Assembly: GCA_041393275.1 (NCBI GenBank)
Contig: JAWKKL010000001.1
Span: 65,927 to 129,926 of the forward strand
Length of the DNA stretch: 64,000 bases
Direction of reading: 5' to 3'
DNA from: Bacteroidales bacterium
Lineage (GTDB): Bacteria > Bacteroidota > Bacteroidia > Bacteroidales > JAADJA01
Shown here: positions 41,321 through 48,808 of the stretch, piece after piece
How positions within the stretch are numbered: the stretch's first letter is position 1
Layout of the letters: every line of letters starts with the position of its first letter
Notes under the pieces: generated by a model
What the model was told of the DNA's origin: nothing
The model's database searches: none
Seen by the model: the letters and a program-made list of their open reading frames with translations, nothing else
Translations under genes and position numbers: made by a program

Positions 41321-42550
41321 ATGACAACGGAAAAAATTCAGAAAACAGATCAGAAATCAGAACGTCAATATTACATTGATTGGTTACGTATACTTCTTAT
41401 TTTTAGTGTATTTCTTTTCCATATTGGAATGATTTTTAATTCCTGGGGCTGGCACGTGAAAAATGATGTGACTGCAGGTTCAAAAGGAGTTTTATGGTAC
41501 ATTATGGTCTTTATGCACGAGTGGCGTATGCCATTGCTGATCCTGATATCTGGTGCCGGTACTTATTTTGCCTTGGGTAAACGAACATCCTGGCAATACC
41601 TCGGTGAACGATTTAAACGACTTTTCATACCCTTGTTAGTTGGTGTATTTACGTTAGTTCCTGTTCAGGTATACATTGAGAAATCGGCTCAATTTGGTTC
41701 TTTGATGGAATTTTATCCACATATGTTTGAAGGAATATACCCAAAGGGTAATTTCAGCTGGCATCACTTGTGGTTTATTGCTTATTTATTTTTCATTGCC
41801 CTGATCATTGCCCCATTTTTAAATTTTTTCAGAAGTGGACGATTTGACCTTTTTGTTGGCAGACTGGCCAGGATCGTATCCAAAAAGTTTGGTGCAAATA
41901 TTTTTGTGGTCCCGATGCTTTTATCACAACTCCTTCTCCGTCCTTATTTTCCTGAAAATACACATGGTTTATTCGATGATTGGGCAGAAGTAATGTACTT
42001 TTTGATATTTTTCCTTTCGGGATTCATATTGCTTTCAAACAATAAGATAACTGAATCAATAAGGAAACAAAAATGGTTTTTTTTAGTGGAAGCATTAATC
42101 ACAACCGTTGTACTGGTAACTGTTCCATATATGATAGGTGAAAAAGCCGGCAACCTGCTTTGGGATACCCTGGAACCCTTTGTTGCCTTTTCGTGCGGAC
42201 TGACAGCCATCGGTTTTGCAAAACAATATTTGACCAAAAACAACAAACTTCGTAAACTTGCCAATGAAGCTATTTACCCGTTCTATTTATTGCATCAACC
42301 GTTGATCGTTGTGGTTGGTTATTATATGGTGCAATGGAATATATCTGTTTTTGCGAAAGTACTTTTTATCACCCTCACATCCTTTACCCTAACTGTTGCA
42401 ATCTATTGGTATCTGATCAGACCGTATAATGCCTTGAGGATAATATTCGGGATGAAAATGAACAGGATAGAAAAGGGGGACGAAATACATGGTTTGTCTC
42501 CTTCCCCTGTATCCCTGCTGCAAAATAAAAACATAATCCTGAAAAAGTAA
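41321..42550 (+). CDS. Acyltransferase family 3 (OpgC-like) integral membrane protein
   Basis: 409 aa. YYIDWLRILLIFSVFLFHIGMIF plus about 10 TM helices. Confidence 0.7.
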   Translation: MTTEKIQKTDQKSERQYYIDWLRILLIFSVFLFHIGMIFNSWGWHVKNDVTAGSKGVLWYIMVFMHEWRMPLLILISGAGTYFALGKRTSWQYLGERFKRLFIPLLVGVFTLVPVQVYIEKSAQFGSLMEFYPHMFEGIYPKGNFSWHHLWFIAYLFFIALIIAPFLNFFRSGRFDLFVGRLARIVSKKFGANIFVVPMLLSQLLLRPYFPENTHGLFDDWAEVMYFLIFFLSGFILLSNNKITESIRKQKWFFLVEALITTVVLVTVPYMIGEKAGNLLWDTLEPFVAFSCGLTAIGFAKQYLTKNNKLRKLANEAIYPFYLLHQPLIVVVGYYMVQWNISVFAKVLFITLTSFTLTVAIYWYLIRPYNALRIIFGMKMNRIEKGDEIHGLSPSPVSLLQNKNIILKK

Positions 42551-45397
42551 TTATGTTTTCAACAGCTCAAACAAAGCTTGCTTTGCAAAATTTTCGATCT
42601 TGGGATTTTTATTATTTGTAAAATTAGCAACAAGTGGAATATACTTTTTATCTTTAATTTGAGCAATCAAATAAAGGGTCGCTAAATTTATTTTTACATC
42701 ATGACCGGAAAGCAACATCGAAAGACACTGAAATTCATCCGGTATTTTCAGGTTCAGGTTTTTAATGGCCTCCTCCGAAAGTGTATCCAGCAGTGCTGTT
42801 TCAACAATGGGAACCAACACCCTCTTTAAATTGGTCTCTAACAGGTTGTCTAAAAACTCTACAGCATTTATGCGCATTTCCGGCTTTTTACTTTGTATTC
42901 CCTGGTAAATATTTAAAATATCATCAAAGGGATATTTTAATCCCAACAATCTAAAAATCCGTTCCAGGTTTCCATCCAGCCGACGTTCCAACAGTACGAT
43001 CAAACTTTTTCGAGCCTCAAGTTCTTTTTCGTTTTGCTCCACACCGAAGTTTTTTTCCTCTATATCCTTTACTGTGGATTGGGTATAAAGTGCGGTTAAT
43101 GTTTCAAGATACAAATGGGCTTCATCCAAAATCCGCCTGATCACATCCTTTTGATGGAAGCGAAGATTAGGGTGGTTAATTTTCAATGTATTCAACGAAC
43201 GGAGAGCTTCCATGCGAAGGCCGATATCAGGATGATCGAGCAAAGAAAATAACAGTTCGACCGATTGCTGTGTCCCAATTTGTTCTAAAATGGAAGGAAC
43301 ATGATGCAATAGTTCAATGCCCCATAAATCTTTTTGGATGATTTCAGCAAAATTTTCAACAATGGCCGGACCATAATTTACAAGCGCCATTTTAGCCGAT
43401 GTCCTGAATTCTTCCTGGATAAGAAAATCAGATAAACAATCGATGAATTCAGGACTTAAGGTATTTCCAGCTGATATGATAGCCTGATTTACGATGTCCG
43501 GGTCTTCATCCTTCATGAAGTTTTTGATCTCAATATAAAAAATAGCGATATTAGCTTGTGCAATCGCTTTTAGAATAATCTTTTTTCTGAATTTGATTTC
43601 CTCAGGATCTTTTAACCCAGCCAGGCTATTTATCCTTTTTTCGATGAGTTTTTCAAGGTCAAATTTATTCCTGAGATCAGGATTATTCCGTGATTCAAGG
43701 GCGAGGCTTACAAGGGCAGCACCCCGCACCCTGTAATCTTTATCATGAAGATATTTTGTCAAAAATTCTACCCGGTTTTCGGGAACATGAGCAATGAGGT
43801 ATTCAAAAGCCGCTGATTTTACTTGTTGATTCGGGTCATTGATCAAAAGTAAGACGCTATCTACACTATGTTGATTTCTGAAAAAATACAAACATTGTAG
43901 TGCTTCCGCACGGATGTCAGCCGATGCATGGTCAAGCAATTTGCTCACATCATCAAATAATCTGTCATCAGGGAATTCTTTTATTTTGCGCAGGATGTAT
44001 ATAATTTGAGTCTCAGTTCCCTTCTGCAATACTTTCCGCAGTCCGCTCAGGACAGATTCTTTTGATAAATCCAGCGAGCCTTTTTTCTCATGGTTTCCTT
44101 TTGTTTGTTCAATTTTTAATTTAAACGACCGCACATACTCAAACCGGATTTTTCGTGAAAAATATATCCAAACAAAGAAAAGGGCAAGAATTATAAGGCT
44201 GATAAAGCGGGTGGAAAGATCAAGCCCGTTCACCACAAAAATAAGGATTATCCCGCTAATTCCTGTGGCCGCGCTATCAATAAAAACATCAATAAAACTT
44301 TTTGTTTGGTTTTTAATCTCAAGGGGTATCGGAAGGGCCATAAGCTCAATGGCTGATTTATTTACCGATTGTTTCAGGCTCCCATCTATAAGTTTTAAAA
44401 TAATAACAGCCCAAAGTTCAGGAAAAATCAAAACGAGAAATGCCCCTAGCATGATGCCGAATGGAAGAAAAAAAAGCGATGTGCCTACGCCAAATACACC
44501 TACAATCCTTCGTGTTATAAAAAGCTGAATGATAAGTGAAATGAGGTTAAAGGTCGAAAACCAAAACCCAAAGAAGGCGGTCAAATCATCGGAGTTGGGA
44601 ATTTTTAATGAAGCGATGGCACTGAACTGATAGTCGACAAGCTTTGCGACGATGACACTGATCCCAATTATGGTCGCCAGGTAAGTCAGGTGTTTCGATT
44701 TTCTGATGAGGGCGATGGGGTTAGAATCAAATCCCTTAATCCGTTTTTTGCGTTGAAATTTTGTTTGCGTTGGTAAAACCTCTTTTTTCCATATGGTTTG
44801 TGTAATCGGAATACAAAATGAAAGTAAGATTGCCGCCACAAAAGGGAGGGTTTCGCTACCGATTTGTTCGGCAATGAGCGATGTAAGGTAACCCCCGAAT
44901 ATGCCTCCTGCAATTGCCCCGGCTCCAATAAATCCGAAAAGACGTTTGGCTTCCCTGGCATTAAAAACAATGTTTGCAAGTACCCAAAATTGAGAAGCTG
45001 ATAGTACCGCAAAAATGGCCACCCATATATAAAACAGGTATAAAACCCAGCCCTCAAGGAAATTAAGCCGTAACAATACCCCAAAAACAAAAAGACTCGT
45101 AACAGACCACAGCATGGTTCGTGTAATGATGATGTTAAGGGGCATACGTGATAATAACCTGGAATATAACAATGAAACCAAACCAGCAAAAACAGCAACA
45201 AGTAAAAAAGCATTGGGCAGGTTTTCGGCTCCCATTTTGGCAAGGAACAATCCGTTGACAGCGGGTTTGACTATGAGAAGTGTGGAAATGATCAGGAAGA
45301 TGTTCAATTGCATCAATACTGCACGGCGGTACTCTCCCTCCCGAATATCAAATACATTCCTGAGCAAATGCTCTGCATATTTTTTGATGGTCTCCAT
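42551..45397 (-). CDS. TLC/AAA-family nucleotide (ATP/ADP) translocase-like membrane domain fused to a ~500-aa HEAT-repeat domain
   Basis: 948 aa. FWVLANIVFNAREAKRLFGFIGAGAIAGGIFGG matches the TLC hallmark (FW..AN....EAKR.Y). There are about 11-12 TM helices. C-terminal repeats include LLDHASADIRAEAL, LHDKDYRVRGAAL and LLDHPDIGLRMEAL. Confidence 0.65.
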   Translation of the reverse strand: METIKKYAEHLLRNVFDIREGEYRRAVLMQLNIFLIISTLLIVKPAVNGLFLAKMGAENLPNAFLLVAVFAGLVSLLYSRLLSRMPLNIIITRTMLWSVTSLFVFGVLLRLNFLEGWVLYLFYIWVAIFAVLSASQFWVLANIVFNAREAKRLFGFIGAGAIAGGIFGGYLTSLIAEQIGSETLPFVAAILLSFCIPITQTIWKKEVLPTQTKFQRKKRIKGFDSNPIALIRKSKHLTYLATIIGISVIVAKLVDYQFSAIASLKIPNSDDLTAFFGFWFSTFNLISLIIQLFITRRIVGVFGVGTSLFFLPFGIMLGAFLVLIFPELWAVIILKLIDGSLKQSVNKSAIELMALPIPLEIKNQTKSFIDVFIDSAATGISGIILIFVVNGLDLSTRFISLIILALFFVWIYFSRKIRFEYVRSFKLKIEQTKGNHEKKGSLDLSKESVLSGLRKVLQKGTETQIIYILRKIKEFPDDRLFDDVSKLLDHASADIRAEALQCLYFFRNQHSVDSVLLLINDPNQQVKSAAFEYLIAHVPENRVEFLTKYLHDKDYRVRGAALVSLALESRNNPDLRNKFDLEKLIEKRINSLAGLKDPEEIKFRKKIILKAIAQANIAIFYIEIKNFMKDEDPDIVNQAIISAGNTLSPEFIDCLSDFLIQEEFRTSAKMALVNYGPAIVENFAEIIQKDLWGIELLHHVPSILEQIGTQQSVELLFSLLDHPDIGLRMEALRSLNTLKINHPNLRFHQKDVIRRILDEAHLYLETLTALYTQSTVKDIEEKNFGVEQNEKELEARKSLIVLLERRLDGNLERIFRLLGLKYPFDDILNIYQGIQSKKPEMRINAVEFLDNLLETNLKRVLVPIVETALLDTLSEEAIKNLNLKIPDEFQCLSMLLSGHDVKINLATLYLIAQIKDKKYIPLVANFTNNKNPKIENFAKQALFELLKT

Positions 45398-45468
45398 TTA
45401 CAGGCCTGACTTTGACTTGGCTAAGTTACGAAAAGAATACAGAGAATAAATTCCAGGAAAGGCAGCTT

Positions 45469-46386
45469 TTAATTCTTCAGCACCAGTTCGATTTTGGTGA
45501 CCAGTTCGCGGCATATTTTTTCACCCTCCGCATCTTCGATGAGCGTAACCAGGATATACCTTCTTCCGTCAGGTCCCCAAACAAGAACCGAATCCGTATG
45601 AAAATTTTGCCAGGTTCCCGATTTCCTGAATATTTTTGCCCTTGGGGCCACCTTGTCAAGTGTATTTACAAATTTATGATGCAGCTCTGGATCAACCATC
45701 ATATCAAGCATGATTTTCGACCGTTCAGGACTTACCAGTTTTCCGTAGGCAAGCATATAATAATACCTGCAAACCTGCGAAACAGTGGCTGCATGGCTAA
45801 GCCCTTTCATTGGCTCCGGATACCGTTCGCCATATTTGGCATAACGTTTTCCTACCCATAAACCACCGCCATAATCTTCGTCGTACAGGTCATATTTTGG
45901 GTCGGTTAAAACACTTTCAATCTTTTCGTATCCTAACCTGTCAATCATTCGGGTAGAGGCTGCATTATCAGATTTGCTGATCATTAATCGTAAATCATTT
46001 CTTATTTCATCGGATTCTTCCATTTCTCCTTTTTCAATGGCATCTTCAGCGGCCAATAAAACGGCAATTTTTGGCAGGCTGGCAGCATACATCATTACAT
46101 TCCCATTTACTCTTGCATATTTTACATTTTCAGGATCGCGCAAGTCCACAAGGCCCACCGCCATTTTTTTTTGTTCAATCAATCGTTTCCACTTTTTATT
46201 TTTATTTAATTCAGTAATTAACTTTTCCTGAAAGGGTAAATCAACAAGATTCCTGAGGGGTTTGATATCGGAAATAGCGAGTGGAAGTGTATCAAAATTT
46301 GGTTTGATCTCATCACTTTTTTGTGTACAGCCTGTAGTTCCAAAAAGAATTAGCAAAACAATGGAAATCAGTAATTTGTTTTTCAT
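45469..46386 (-). CDS. Lipoprotein with a class-A beta-lactamase fold (serine hydrolase, function unknown)
   Basis: Lipobox LFGTTGC. SLPK (SxxK), SKSDN (SDN) and KSGT (KTG-like). It lies upstream of, and probably in one operon with, the TLC::HEAT gene. Confidence 0.65.
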   Translation of the reverse strand: MKNKLLISIVLLILFGTTGCTQKSDEIKPNFDTLPLAISDIKPLRNLVDLPFQEKLITELNKNKKWKRLIEQKKMAVGLVDLRDPENVKYARVNGNVMMYAASLPKIAVLLAAEDAIEKGEMEESDEIRNDLRLMISKSDNAASTRMIDRLGYEKIESVLTDPKYDLYDEDYGGGLWVGKRYAKYGERYPEPMKGLSHAATVSQVCRYYYMLAYGKLVSPERSKIMLDMMVDPELHHKFVNTLDKVAPRAKIFRKSGTWQNFHTDSVLVWGPDGRRYILVTLIEDAEGEKICRELVTKIELVLKN

Positions 46387-46666
46387 GTGAGTTTTTTAAA
46401 AAATGTGCGCAAAAATCGTTAAAAAACGGATTCCCGTTACATTTTAGTCTAATTATTGAATAATATTTTACAAAAAAGAATCATGGTTTCAAAAAATGAT
46501 CACCCAATAAAATATATTTAACAATGTGCATGTAATAGGCTAATTTTGAGAAGCGAGGAGTTTGATTTTATCCTGAATTTTAATTTGAATAATACAGGCT
46601 CAGCTTTTTTACCCTTAAATTTTATTAACTTTAGCAACCCTAAATTTTACATTTAAACAATAACGA

Positions 46667-47728
46667 ATGAATCTACTTGATGGTGTTAAATCAGCTGAAA
46701 TCAGAATAACAAAAGAAGTACAAGCCCTGAGTGATTTGGTGAAGGATACCACCCTGTCTGTAGTTGACCGGATTGAATCCTTTGAAGATATCATGAATAT
46801 GGAAATCGGTGATACGTCTTTACACAGGGCCCGCAACCTTGAAAGAGAATTAAATATCCGCCAGTTGTATATAAAATATGAAGGTGAAAATCCTTCAGGC
46901 ACGCAAAAGGACAGAATTGCCTTTGCTCAGGTTCACGATGCTTTCCGCAGAAATTATGAAATTATATCCCTGGCCACATGCGGAAACTACGGCGTAGCCG
47001 TTGCTTATGCCGCTCATCTGGCCGGATTGAAGTGCAAAATATTTATTCCTGAATCGTATCATACAGAGCGCATAAAAGAGATGGAACATTTTAATGCGGA
47101 AATCATTCGGCTGTCCGGTTCGTATGAAGACATAGTTACTGAATCAAGCCGGCTTGCTTACGCCAATGAATGGTACGATGCAAATCCGGGGGGGGCAAAT
47201 ACACCACTGCAAATTTCAGCCTATGCCGAAATTGCCAATGAAATTTATGACCAGTTGCGCGATGCCCCAAAATATATTGCAGCACCGGTTTCAAACGGAA
47301 CCTTACTGGCTGGCGTTTATCGTGGGTTTGTGAGCCTTTATAAACGAGGAAAAACATCAAGGATACCAAAATTTATTGCGGGTTCGGCTGCTTTTAAAAA
47401 TCCTATCATTACATCTTTTAAAGCAGGTCTTGAGGAATGTAAAGATATTGACCCAAAACAAATAAAAGAAACAGCCATTAACGAACCATTGATCAATTGG
47501 CATAGCTTTGATGGCGATGAGGCCCTTTACGCCATCCGACAATCAGATGGGGAAGCACACCACATTAGCGATAAGAAAATGCGTGAAATGAGTTCTTTTT
47601 TATTAAAAAAAGAAGGCTACAGAATATTACCGGCTTCCACTTCAGGCTTAATTGCCCTGCTTGAAATGCATGAAAAAAAAGAAATGATAAATGACAGATA
47701 TGTGGCTATATTAACAGGAAGAAGATAA
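46667..47728 (+). CDS. Fold-type II PLP-dependent enzyme (threonine synthase / cysteine synthase-like)
   Basis: 353 aa. The PLP-lysine context is YEGENPSGTQKDRIAF. The glycine-rich loop is APVSNGTLLAG. Confidence 0.7.
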   Translation: MNLLDGVKSAEIRITKEVQALSDLVKDTTLSVVDRIESFEDIMNMEIGDTSLHRARNLERELNIRQLYIKYEGENPSGTQKDRIAFAQVHDAFRRNYEIISLATCGNYGVAVAYAAHLAGLKCKIFIPESYHTERIKEMEHFNAEIIRLSGSYEDIVTESSRLAYANEWYDANPGGANTPLQISAYAEIANEIYDQLRDAPKYIAAPVSNGTLLAGVYRGFVSLYKRGKTSRIPKFIAGSAAFKNPIITSFKAGLEECKDIDPKQIKETAINEPLINWHSFDGDEALYAIRQSDGEAHHISDKKMREMSSFLLKKEGYRILPASTSGLIALLEMHEKKEMINDRYVAILTGRR

Positions 47729-47730
47729 AC

Positions 47731-48804
47731 ATGGAAACAAAAAAAATAACAACAGTATATTGCGAGGGGGCATACAACACAACCAATGGCAAAACCGCGC
47801 ATGGATTAGTTCGCTTAACAGAAAGATATGATATCCAGTCGGTAATAGATTCCCGTTATGCAGGCCAGGATGCGGGCATGGCACTGGATGGAAAAAATAA
47901 TGGTATTCCCATTGTTGGCTCTTTAGAAGAAGCGATGAAAGTGAATGACAACAAAAAACCATCCCATTTTGTTGTGGGCCTGGCCCCCGATGGCGGGAGA
48001 TTGGATAAGGCCGCAAGGCAGGATGTAAAAGCTGCCATCAAATTGGGCTTAAGCGTTGATTCGGGTTTACACGATTACCTGACCGATGACCCGGAAGTTA
48101 TGAAATTGGCCACTGAGGCTAATGTTCATATACATGATATTAGAAAACCTGCGGCAGTTAAAGACCTCCACTTTTTTACAGGAAATATAGAAAAAGTTAA
48201 AGCTTTAAAAATAGCCGTTTTAGGAACTGATTCAGCCGTTGGTAAAAGAACCACTGCATGGCGGGTTGTATTCGGCTTCAGGGAGGCCGGTTACAAGGCT
48301 GAGTTGATTGGTACCGGCCAGACAGCCTGGCTTCAGGGAGCCAAATATAGCATGGTGATGGACTCAGTGGTCAATGATTTTGTTTCAGGCGAAATTGAAC
48401 ATGCCGTTTATTCATGCTGGGAAAATGAAAAACCCGACGTGATTGTGCTGGAAGGTCAGGGAAGTTTGATGAACCCGGCCTATCCCGGAGGATTTGAATT
48501 ATTAGCCGCCGGCCGGCCAGATATAGTAATCCTTCAACATGCCCCGGCAAGGCTTGAATACGATGGATTTCCCGGTTACCCACTACATCCCATTGATCAC
48601 CAGATCCGTGCTATTGAAGTCCTCTCGGGGAAAAAAGTAGTAGCCATTACGGTAAATCACGAAGACTTAAGAGCTGACCAGATTGATGAAGTCTGCCGGA
48701 GAATTGAAGCTGAAACCGGCCTCCCGACGACTGATGTCTTAGTTCATGGTCAGGAAAAACTTATAAAAGCATTACTCCCTTATTTAAAAATAAAACAGCA
48801 TTAG
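47731..48804 (+). CDS. DUF1611-family protein (DgcN-like)
   Basis: 357 aa. KIAVLGTDSAVGKRTTA and VLEGQGSLMNPAYPG are typical of DUF1611. It starts 2 nt after the PLP gene. Confidence 0.6.
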   Translation: METKKITTVYCEGAYNTTNGKTAHGLVRLTERYDIQSVIDSRYAGQDAGMALDGKNNGIPIVGSLEEAMKVNDNKKPSHFVVGLAPDGGRLDKAARQDVKAAIKLGLSVDSGLHDYLTDDPEVMKLATEANVHIHDIRKPAAVKDLHFFTGNIEKVKALKIAVLGTDSAVGKRTTAWRVVFGFREAGYKAELIGTGQTAWLQGAKYSMVMDSVVNDFVSGEIEHAVYSCWENEKPDVIVLEGQGSLMNPAYPGGFELLAAGRPDIVILQHAPARLEYDGFPGYPLHPIDHQIRAIEVLSGKKVVAITVNHEDLRADQIDEVCRRIEAETGLPTTDVLVHGQEKLIKALLPYLKIKQH

Positions 48805-48808
48805 AAGT

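Noticed and set aside
46541-46548. TAATTTTG, which matches the Bacteroidota -7 promoter consensus TAnnTTTG, about 120 nt upstream of the PLP-enzyme operon
   Set aside because: Such AT-rich octamers occur frequently by chance in these spacers, and I could not pair it with a convincing -33 element. I did not call it as a feature.
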